Below the pieces are notes generated by a model. It did no database searches, was not told the origin of the DNA, and saw only the letters and a list, made by a program, of their open reading frames with translations. Position numbers and translations under genes: made by a program. A DNA stretch of 64,000 nucleotides from Hormiphora californensis (Eukaryota; Animalia; Ctenophora), in contig CM035350.1 in the NCBI GenBank assembly GCA_020137815.1, forward strand, positions 8,556,001 through 8,620,000, written 5' to 3'. This document shows, piece after piece, positions 45,554-55,400 of this stretch; within the stretch, counting starts at the first letter, position 1; the number at the start of each line of letters is the position of its first letter.

Positions 45554-46119
45554 ATGAAAGTACTATTGACGACTGACGGTGTAAATCTCAAGAGAGGGTT
45601 TTACCCTCGTGAGTGTGTTCTATCTTATCGAAGATATGGTCGTGTATTTAGTAGGACTTTCTACATTTCTCCGCCAGGTAATTAAATCTCTCCATAATCA
45701 CTTGAAGCGAGATTCTCTCACTCAGACTGTGGACTATGCCTTTTACAACTAACATTTATTAATATTTCAATTGTTCAGATATAAAATTGACGCCCGGAGA
45801 CAAAAAAACTGTTTACTACACGACCCATGTACTAGGAGGTCTTGGCTTCAAGACTGTGAAAGACTCGATACCCTACGAGACCTTTGTGGGGATTCTCAAG
45901 AGACACTCGGGAGACGAAATAATGACCAACGGATCCACAGCCGTCCGCTTTGTGAGAGAGAATATTACCAGAAATGTGAAGGACCTCTTAGTGGAGTTGG
46001 ACATTGCAATTCCGAATACACTCCCTGTATTGTGCCCCGAGCAACACGAGAACAAATACTGTTCGATTACCAAACACGAGTTCTTCAAAAAGCTTTTGAT
46101 TGATGGACGAATGATTTAA
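45554..46119 (+). CDS. Spliced Polinton gene: MAEL/DEDD-fold ECHC-like protein B, 154 aa (exons 45554-45677, 45779-46119)
   Basis: CAG|GTAATT...TTCAG phase-1 intron; VLLTTDGVNLKRGFYPREC...IMTNG...VKDLLV...CPEQHENKYCSITK. Confidence 0.78.
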
Positions 46120-46221
46120 TATTTTCTTGTTAATGTTATTCTAAAAACAAACAGTTCTTAAATATTGTAAAATAATTAGATTTATAAATAATAAAATATT
46201 GTCTATTATGTCTATACCATG

Positions 46222-46842
46222 CAGGGGTGGCCCCAGTACGGATTTTTTGGGGGGGTGGTGTGGCCTTCGGCCACACTTCAAGTCCAAACCTAGCGACCGA
46301 GGTTCCGCGAAGCGGCGCCGAGGGAGCTGCGGCAGGGGGTTTGGGGGGCGCAGCCCCCCAACGGGGTCCAGGGGCAGAGCCCTTGGTGGGGGCCAGGGGG
46401 CGAAGCCCCCGGAAAATTTTAGTTTTTGATGAATTTTAAGCATTTTGGAACAACTTTTTTAACAATTTTCAGCAGTTTTAGAAAACTTTTTCAACGAGTT
46501 TCAGTCACAAGGGGCGAAGCCCCCCTGGAAATTTTAATGAATTAAAGCAATTTAGAACAATATTTTATCAATTTTCAGCCCTTGGTGGGGGCAAATTTTT
46601 TAATGATGTTCAGCCCCTGGTGTGGGTAAGGGGCAAAGCCCCCGGAAAATTTTAGTTTTTGATCAATTTTAATTAATTTAGAACAATATTTTAACGATTT
46701 TCAGCCCTTGGTGTGGGTAAGGGGCGAAGCCCCCGGAAAATTTTAGATTTTGATCAATTTAAAGCAATTTAGAACACTTTTTAAAGCTATTTTACCACCC
46801 CCAACAACCCCTGTTTGAAAAGTTTTGGGGGGGCCACCACTG
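46222..46842. mobile_element. hAT-type MITE inside the Polinton
   Basis: TIR CAGGGGTGGCCCC / GGGGCCACCACTG; 8-bp TSD ATACCATG; GGGCGAAGCCCC internal repeats. Confidence 0.9.
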
Positions 46843-46877
46843 ATACCATGGAGGTATAATCTCCCAAGATTGGATCA

Positions 46878-47433
46878 TCAGTAGTTAGACCCTGGGCTCG
46901 GAACTTCTTCTTTCACGTTACCCAGTATGGGCTGAACTATACACACAGGTCTATCCGATAGGATAGACCTGTGTGTATAGTTCGGCCCATACTGGGTGAC
47001 GTTGTGATCCGAGGTTACCTCTACAGAACAGTCCGGTGCATGAAGAGTCCGGTGCAGAGTCTGGTGCAGGTCCGATGCAGGTGGGAGAGGGCTGGGGATG
47101 GTGTTGGAGAGGGCTGGGGATGGTGTTGGCGGAGTGCCGTGCAGTGTGCCGATATCGAGCCAATCCCTGTCCATGGTCCCGTCATGTTGAGGTACCGCTG
47201 TGTTCTGAGGTGGTCCAGGGGCCGAGTTGTTATAGTTGATCGTCATGGTCTGCAAAAATGAGAATAGTTTAGAAAAATAACAGGGGGGAAGGGTGAGGAA
47301 GGAAATTCAAAATCAACTCGCATAACTAATGGTAGTGTGTAGCACTCATGGAAGTGGGTACCGGTAGTGCTGTTAGTGAGAGACAACTTACAGTCGCATA
47401 AAAGTATGTAGGGTAGGAAGATGCAGGGTCCAT
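46878..47433 (-). CDS. Spliced Polinton gene, 137-aa Pro/Ser/Thr-rich protein (exons 47433-47392, 47249-46878)
   Basis: MDPASSYPTYFYAT|GTAAGT...TTTTGCAG|TMTINY..., phase 0. Confidence 0.6.
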
Positions 47434-48052
47434 AGTAAAGTCGTAGGGTCGTAGTAAAGTCGCTCGCAACTAGAACTGGAACTGTACTGATAGTCTGAGA
47501 AAATGAGGGGTGTTGGTCATATATATAATACAGTAGGCAGATGGCTTACCAGCCAGACTAGGAGGTACTAATTGGTCACACTATGAGAGTTATAGTGAAG
47601 GAAGACAATGGAAAAACGAGTTGTTAGCCAGGCCAGGAGGTGTGATGCGTATTGTATGATGGTAGACGAGGAGGTAAGAAAAGTCGCACTATGATGTGAT
47701 ATATAGCGAAGAAAGAAGCTGGATCAGATCAAGGTACCCGCTACGAGTTGTTAACCAGGAGGTGTGATGCGTGTGATGGTAGTAGTCCTTTGTAAATGTG
47801 ATTGGACTTGGAGTAATGGAAGGTGTGGATTAAGAAGACTATGAACTGGAGCGTTGGGAGGTGAGAGTTGTTATCCAGGAGGTGTGATGTCCAACTGTTA
47901 TATGATAGTAGCAGGCGTTGTAAATGTGATTGGAGTAATGGGAGGTGCGACTAGATGTTGAAAATTATCTAATATAATCTGTCCCATATGAGAGTGATAT
48001 ATTAACAAGGAAATAAAACGAGGATTTAAAGGAAAATAAGAATTCACGTAAA

Positions 48053-48445
48053 TCAAAATTCCCATAAAATTTCTCTTTCTTTTCTCTTTCTAAAAAACTC
48101 TAATCTATCCATAAATTTAGCTTCTCCTAATACTTCTCTACCGTCGTATTTAAAATTTTCACAATCACATGTATGTAAGTAACCATCTAGTAATATTCCA
48201 CCTCTATCACGGCATACTGGTAAACCAGCACATTCATAAACTGCAAAGGTAACGCGTCGAAGATTTTTCTGTTTCTTCATATCAATATCTTTCTTATCAA
48301 GAAATTTATCACTGTTTGTCGTTATCCCAAGTTTAGCTAGTGCGTCTGAGAAATCGAGTGTAGGAATCACAATATCCTTTTTCTTTTTAGTCCCGGAAGA
48401 AATAGTTGAATTGTGTGTTGTCGACATCTTGATAATATAGTACAC
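48053..48445 (-). CDS. Polinton protein with RVxF PP1-docking motif (probable ATG at MSTTH)
   Basis: KNLRRVTF...MDRLEFFRKRKEREIL. Confidence 0.65.
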   Translation of the reverse strand: MYYIIKMSTTHNSTISSGTKKKKDIVIPTLDFSDALAKLGITTNSDKFLDKKDIDMKKQKNLRRVTFAVYECAGLPVCRDRGGILLDGYLHTCDCENFKYDGREVLGEAKFMDRLEFFRKRKEREILWEF

Positions 48446-48649
48446 TTTTTACAATTCAATCTATTGGATCGTATTTCGTCTAGTCTAGTTGGCGAGTCTT
48501 TTGAGGAATATCGGACTTTCAAGTTGGACATTGATCAATTGAATCAGAGTACTAATTGATTTTCAAACTTTTTTTTCGGTTTAAATAGTTATGTTCGTCA
48601 AAAACAACGCGTTACATATTATAGATCACGTGCTATATGCTATATGACC

Positions 48650-48806
48650 CATCATATGATATATCACGTGATTATGACGCAGTGGTGTGACGTCACAATC
48701 ATGCCATGTCATGTGACATCATGTAACATCACGTGATATGCCCAAATATGGAATAATGTTGTGACTCCCAAAATCGTGGGGCATCGTCACTATTTTAAAT
48801 ACTACT
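48650..48806 (-). repeat. Polinton right TIR
   Basis: Reverse complement of 27641-27797. Confidence 0.97.
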
Positions 48807-49449
48807 TACGTCGCTACTTAGTCGTTACTAATCGTGATCTGATGTTTTGACGCTTTTGCCTACACCCAATCACCCCTGTAGGCATTATTACCATATCAGC
48901 AGTAATTTTGACGCTTTTGCCTACACCCAATTATCTATGCTGTAGGCATTATTGCCCGTAGGCATTATCGTACTTTACTGTAGGCATTATTGCCATTGTA
49001 GGCATTATTGCTGTTTTGACGGTTTTGCCTACACCCAATTATCTATGCCCTTAACCCCTGTAGGCATTATTGACCGTAGGCATTATCGTACGTAATCATC
49101 TGGCATGTGCCAGTTGCCACACCTGCTTCTAATTGGGCACTGATACGTGAGCCGGTATAGCTGATGGGTTGCCTGAGCTATGTGATATCCTAGTAATAAT
49201 AAGTCGCAGTTCCGATCACAAATGCAGAACAATGTTCATTGCACCATGACGTAGGGCGCGATGACAAATCTATGAACATTTGTAATTGCAAGTGCAACAT
49301 AAAGGCGCCGCGCACATGCGCGCGAATTTCCTGTTGTGTTCAGTCAGTAAGTGACAGCATTCCGCACTGGATAGTTGCCAACAGCAACTCAGGAGGTTAC
49401 GTTACAGGAAAAGCGTGACACTTCACTAGTATGTAATTGTAAAATTGTC

Positions 49450-49526
49450 GAATTCTAAACCCCTATGCCTTTTTGCAAAAGGCATCTGGGTGAATGCCTT
49501 CGGCATTCACCCAGGCGGGGAAAAAA
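49450..49526. repeat. Double-hairpin interspersed repeat, copy 2 (inverted)
   Basis: Reverse-complement match to 2975-3052. Confidence 0.7.
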
Positions 49527-49583
49527 TGGAGGGTGTCAGTAGCCACAGATGGAAGAACGACTGAACTCAGACCTTACCAATTA

Positions 49584-49859
49584 CTAATTGGAAGATGTGG
49601 CAACTAAAACTTTTTCACAATTATCTACCTTTTGTTTGTGTGATGCGAGGCATTTCCTGAGTTGACCATCGTTCTCCCACCTCCGTGCACAGTAGTCACA
49701 CAACAGCCTATCCTCCAGGTGGGTACATGGCCCCTCCATCCCCACACACTCAACACAACTAGCGTGCTCTCTCTGGAGGTGCCGCTTGAAGTTCATGGCG
49801 TAGGTAAAAGATGCCGGACATAACTTGCAGTTAAATGGTTTCTTGCTTTGAGCGGTCAT
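49584..49859 (-). CDS. Small C2H2 zinc-finger ORF (may be a fragment)
   Basis: KPFNCKLCPASF...FKRHLQREH plus a degenerate second finger. Confidence 0.5.
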   Translation of the reverse strand: MTAQSKKPFNCKLCPASFTYAMNFKRHLQREHASCVECVGMEGPCTHLEDRLLCDYCARRWENDGQLRKCLASHKQKVDNCEKVLVATSSN

Positions 49860-51141
49860 TCTTCAGTCAATCACCCATTCCTAATTCCTTCAAGAGGGTA
49901 TTGCAGATTATTTATTTTGTCCTTGAAAATTATATGTTAACTAACCCTCATAATTTTTTAACAGGGACCTTAATTAAAAATCGCTACACCAAATAGATGG
50001 AGTATGGTCTCTAGAGCAAGTATAATGCCAAACTATAAGTTCGGTTCAAGTTCGGTTCAAGTTCGCATCATCCTACCGCAGATATAACTTTATTTTGTTA
50101 CGAATGATTGGTATTCTAAGCTGCCATCAAGCCATGCTGGTAATCTCACGTGACCTGATCACGTGATTACAACATGTGCTTTATTAAGAGATCAAGGGCA
50201 TCATCCCATCAAGTAGAATACTTGATCTTTTTTGTGCAATATGTTTCCCGTCTGATCTCGCAAGAAGGGACTATATTGCTGAGATGTCGATGCATCCAGT
50301 GGTGGCCACTGGCCACGACCCCCCCCCCCCCCCCCCCCCCGCCCTCCCCCAAAAAACTTTTCAGATAGGGGGTTGTCGGGGCGATAAAATGGTTCAAAAA
50401 TGTTAAAATCCATATAATAATTTCCAAAATGTTAGTCCGATAATTGTTTTCTCCCTACTCCTCCTACAGTTTTTGAGCTAGACCCCTGAAAATTTGTACA
50501 CTGGTACTTTGGACCAAGGCGGGTGTAAGTACGGGCTCAGATTTTTGATCCGATCTTTACAACAGTGACGTCACGGGGTGACGTCATTGCGCCAAAAATA
50601 CTTACATTTTTTCAAACGCTTCTAAGACCCTGAAAACGGCTCTAAATCAAAAAAACTAACGCAATAGTGGGGAAAGAGAATCGTTTGAACTTCATTTTAC
50701 ATTATAGCGATTTCCCGTAACTCAATGTTTAAGGGTCGTAAATCGCGTCGGGAAAGTTAAAAATGCCAAAAATACGATATTTTTCATCGTAGCCACCCAA
50801 AATCTTATCCAATCGATATGAAACTTGGTCGTTATGTGAACTTTAATGTCCTTTGGCCAGGGGTTCCCGGAAAACGGATTGGCAAGATGAGAACTGACCG
50901 GAGTTCTTATAATTCTAAATTCACGAATTTGGAATTTTTCGTCGACTTTTTTTTGGCGACATAAAACGCGAGGAAATTTTCAATGAATTTTAAAATTTTA
51001 CACTGCGCGCGTAATTCTAGGTTCCGCGCGCGGCGTAAAAAAGCAGCGCTTTTTTGGGAAAATTCGCGCGTTACAGTAAATGATTTACCCGCCTCGCCAA
51101 AATTGTAATGGCCGTTTTTTCAAAAACCCAAGGTGTATGAT

Positions 51142-51393
51142 ATAGTAGGAGCGGTTAGATCACCACGTGGTTAAAGTCGCATGCCACCCCTTTTTGCGCA
51201 TTGTCATAGCTCCTCGAGGTCGCATCCAATCATTATCAAGAAATGTCCCTCAAGTTTTCGCTTCTCCTTGAGGAGATCTACAGGTTTGATGAAGGTCACT
51301 TTTGGATTGGATGCAAAATGAAGCCGTGAGAGTAACCTGAGATTAGGGTGGCACGCGACTTTCTGCACGTGCTGATCTAACCGCTCCTACTAT
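51142..51393. mobile_element. Foldback MITE
   Basis: ATAGTAGGAGCGGTTAGATCA / TGATCTAACCGCTCCTACTAT, with further internal inverted matches. Confidence 0.75.
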
Positions 51394-51668
51394 GAGAACA
51401 AACAAATTATCTTTTAAAAATCAAACACAAATGTCACCGGTTATATGAGGATTAATTACCATTTACCAGGTCACGGGTTCCCAGCAAACGGGTACTCTAG
51501 TTCATCAAAAACAAATCAAAACGGAAAACTTTAGCGACTGCAACAATGAACTGTCTGGCGCCGCGACCCATCTGAGCGCACTGTCGCGATTTGAGAATCA
51601 AATTGGGGTCTGGCGCCGCCAGACAGACAATGAACAAACCGTCATACTCTCATACTCCCTCTCTCTGC

Positions 51669-51915
51669 TCACTTGTCTCGAAAGTCTACATCTTCCACAC
51701 TGACTGGGACAACCCTTCTCTTGGTTCCCCGAAGCGCAACAAGAGTTGATCTTAACAAACTGAATCGTGTCTTTTCTCGGATGAAGGACATGGTTTCAGC
51801 GTAACTCTCCTTGTGCCTGTCACAGATCTTCCTGGCCGCTCGCTCCAAAACCTTCTCTACTTCTCCGGCAAAACCTCCCGACGTGGAGAATACGAGGGGC
51901 GTGAAGGAACCCATC
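51669..51915 (-). pseudogene. 3' fragment of a CRE-like (RLE) non-LTR retrotransposon
   Basis: FTPLVFSTSGG...ESYAETMSFIR...FSLLRSTLVALRG resembles the CRE-clade C-terminus. Confidence 0.65.
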
Positions 51916-52417
51916 AAAAACTGAAATTTTCCGGTGGAACAGAAATTTTCTTCAAAAAACTGATGCAACTGACGCGAAGTTTTCAAAATAAAAAAGTTTC
52001 TCCTTGCGCTGCATTTCAAACGCGCGCGCGCAATGGCCGAAATGAAATGTCAACGCGAGAGAGACAACTTTCCAAGATGGCCGTTTTGTCATCCTGGGTG
52101 GAGCTGAGGGACTTAAGGTGACCTCCCTCCATCCTTTCATTGCATGGGCCTGATCTGACCCTTACTATTTTTGAAAACTAAAACAGATTTAGTATCAAGC
52201 ACGCAAGGCTGAAGGCCGCTTCCGGCTTCGTCTCAGTCCTCACGGAGCTGCACCCAGCACCGTGCCGAAGGAGAAGACAGTCGTATTTTAAAAACAACAA
52301 TAGCTTTAAAAAGCTCTGTCGGTGTAGTTTAACAGTTAAACAAGATGATTAGCGTACTCTTGCCCCATTAATTCCAGTCTTAAAAAGTTGCAGTAACTAG
52401 TTTTGTCCTGTTTAAGA

Positions 52418-55400
52418 ATGGATAGTGAAGATGGGGATAGTGACAAAGAAAATCGGGATCCAGCTCTTATGGAGCCTCTGATAACTCCACCCTCTGGGTC
52501 CCTGAAGCGGAAACACAAACGCCGTAAGCCCCGTTCATCACCTTCTCCCCATTTGGTTGCCAATGTAGAACATCATTGCTCTCTAACAGAAGTGAGTACT
52601 GGGTGCCCTTAGCTTACTGTTCATTTGATATTTTCATTTAAAATTTGACAGTTTATATTAAATTTGTGACTTTTGTTTCAGAATTCCTTCGTATTTGCCA
52701 AGTTTGTGGACATATGGGAGCCAGGCCGAGTGATACAGATGACCAGTCCCTTCAACATTGTCTGTTTCCGATTCCTCAAGGACGACATCGGCAGTGCATC
52801 TCAAACCAAAATCTGCTCCTTCCTAAAATATGGCTCTAAAGTGGACTTTGACCTACTGGAGTCAGACACAACGTATAGGAAGGGAATTATCAGTGCTGTA
52901 GCGGAGTTTGCTAATATCCACAGACCTGATCTGCTCCGAATGAGTGACAGAGACACAATGCTCCTTGATTGGGCGAGATTTGGGTTTATCGGTTGTAAGC
53001 TTCTTAAATCCCCGAAATCTGGTAAAGTCCTATTTCCCGACTCTACTCACGTCCTTTCCGAACTGGTAGAAAACTCAGCAGTAGAAGAGGAAAACCGTCC
53101 CACAACTAGTTCCCGATCATCCATCCCAATACCATCACCTTTGGTCCGTTTGGAGGGTACACCAAAACGCAGGAAGCTATCTTGTAGAACAGAAGACAGT
53201 GGTTACAGTTCACCGGTCATCACTCTGTCTGAGGTTGGGTGTTTTGTTATGGGCAAACTCAGGGGCTACGGATGGTGGCCTGGTAGGGTAAGTTGTTATG
53301 ATAACCGTCATTCTCTTTCTCACTCGCTATTTATATTTCACACTCTTGTGTTCTCTCTCTCCCTCTCTTTTAGAAACATTATACCCTCAGATTATAGAGC
53401 CCGAGAGAGGCCCCCGGCCCTGTGACGAGGGAGAGCGGCTGGTCAACTGGTTCGGGGACTGCACACATTCCATTGTCTCAACCAGGGATCTAGTGGGTGT
53501 TTCTGGGTTCGGGAAAGTATACCAACCAAAACGAAAGGGCCTCTATCGGGTAGCCCTGTATGATTTTCTATCGGATATTGCGTGGGAGGTGAACTATACA
53601 TCGGTTACAGCACCAGACACGGTCAATATAGATGAAGATGCCCTGGAGAAGTTGTTGCAGTGGGCTCAGGGAGGATTTAAACCGACTGGGCCACCACGGG
53701 AGTGGGCACGGGGCCAGAACTATACCAGGCATTTCTCTGGGTGTGCAAGTTGTGGGGGATCTGATGTGTCCCTACAACACCCCGTGTTCCTCGAGTTGAG
53801 GTTGTGTGATGGATGCAACGAGAGTTCTTCAGGTGAGTGTGTTCATGTATTGTTCACTGCTCACTGCTCATATTGTTAATTTCATCTCACTATTCACATA
53901 ATACCTTTCCACGTGAAAGAGTCTGAACAAGGCTCACGTTTGGAACTAAACCAGATTTAATCAGTTAATAATTCCCCCCCCCCAGGATGTCGTGTGTGCT
54001 ATAAAGATTCCACTATGATGCTGTGTTCTGAATGTCAGAGTTCCTACTGTCAGGAGTGTCTAACTCGTTACTCTATTGGCCCCTCCGATGACTACAGTGA
54101 CCCTTGGAGCTGCCCCCTTTGTGTACCTTACCCCAACATGACACCCCGTGCTGACATGGTAAATAACTGTTTTTATTCCTTGTTTGTTTTATCCATGCAG
54201 CCTAATTTTGGGTTTGTTTTTCATTATGTTGTTGCTAGAATTATCTTCCACCAGCTAACCCCTCCCTCGCAATATTTCAGGAAGGAAGTGAGGAGGGAGA
54301 AGAAGACGAGCCAGCAGCTGTGATTCTTGAGGAACTAGAAGGAGACATTTACCAGCCCTTTGTACCTCCACCTTTACCGAAATTCCGCAAAGCCCTCCGA
54401 GTACTATCGCTCTTTGATGGCATTGGAACGGGCATGGTGGCCCTCAAATCTCTCGGGTTCAAGGTGTGTTGTTTGTTATGTTTCTTGTCAGGGATGTATG
54501 TGTGTGTGGAGAGAGAGAGGGATGTGTGTGGAGAGGATGTGTGTGGACTGTGGAGACTGGAGGTGTGTGTGAATATGTGTGTGAAGATGTGGAGAGAGGG
54601 CTATGTTTGTGTTTGAGGTCCACGGAAGAACCCTATCTCGGCCGCATTTCTATTTTCCGACACATTATTATATGCTGTAACCTTGCAAAATTGAGTAGAG
54701 AGAGGGTGATAAACGGGGGCCACACTGTGTGTTGGGAGGTTGCCAAGTAGTAGATCTGGAGTGATTCATATTGGGAGGACTGAACTACATGTTATAAAAT
54801 CTCATTGAGTCCTGTGTGTGAACTCCCTTTATTCATTGGACTCGATAAACCGTACACTCATGATGGAATTATCATGGCACGAACAAAAACACCCATAGCA
54901 TAGAGTGAGAGAGAACGAGAGAGAGAGAAAGTTATATTTTAGAAGGCATATGTGTCTTGATCTGATAGACAATGCCCTGCCTCTCTGTTTAACAGGTGTT
55001 CCCCACCAGGTAAACTGTCTATTGCGTGGTGTCTAACACACACACCCCCCCCCTTACACTCGTCACACGCCCCTGATTTCTACAAGTATCTCTTCATATC
55101 TCCCCCTTTCTGTCCAGTTATCAGGATACATAGCTAGTGAGGTATCCCACTCTGCCCTAAACTCCACTATATTACCCTCTTTCTAGGTATCAGGATACAT
55201 AGCTAGTGAGATGTCCCACTCCTCTCCCGCCCTAAACTCCACTATACTCCCCTGTCCATGTATCACTGATGTGTCCCACTCCCCTCCCCCTACTCACTCC
55301 TTTCTGTCCAGGTATCAGGCTACATAGCTAGTGAGGTGTCCCACTCCCCTCCCACCCTCTAGTTACACTCCCGGGGGTGGCAGAAAGGAGTGGAAGGGAG

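Larger units (their letters stand above)
27641..48806. mobile_element. Complete Polinton/Maverick (adintovirus-like endogenous virus), 21,166 bp
   Basis: 157-bp TIRs starting AGTAGT; TSD TACGTC (27635-27640, 48807-48812); encodes pPolB, RVE integrase, ATPase, adenain, major and minor capsid proteins. Confidence 0.98.
26594..49097. mobile_element. Non-autonomous DNA transposon (imperfect TIRs, 8-bp TSD) containing the Polinton
   Basis: Left end GGTAGCATACAATAATGCCTACGGTCAATAATGCCTACA, right end TGTAGGCATTATTGACCGTAGGCATTATCGTACGTAATC; ATCTGGCA at 26586-26593 and 49098-49105; AATGCCTAC subterminal repeats at both ends. Confidence 0.8.

Noticed and set aside
46141-46443. GC-rich ORFs inside the Polinton
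   Set aside because: They fall in the hAT MITE 46222-46842.
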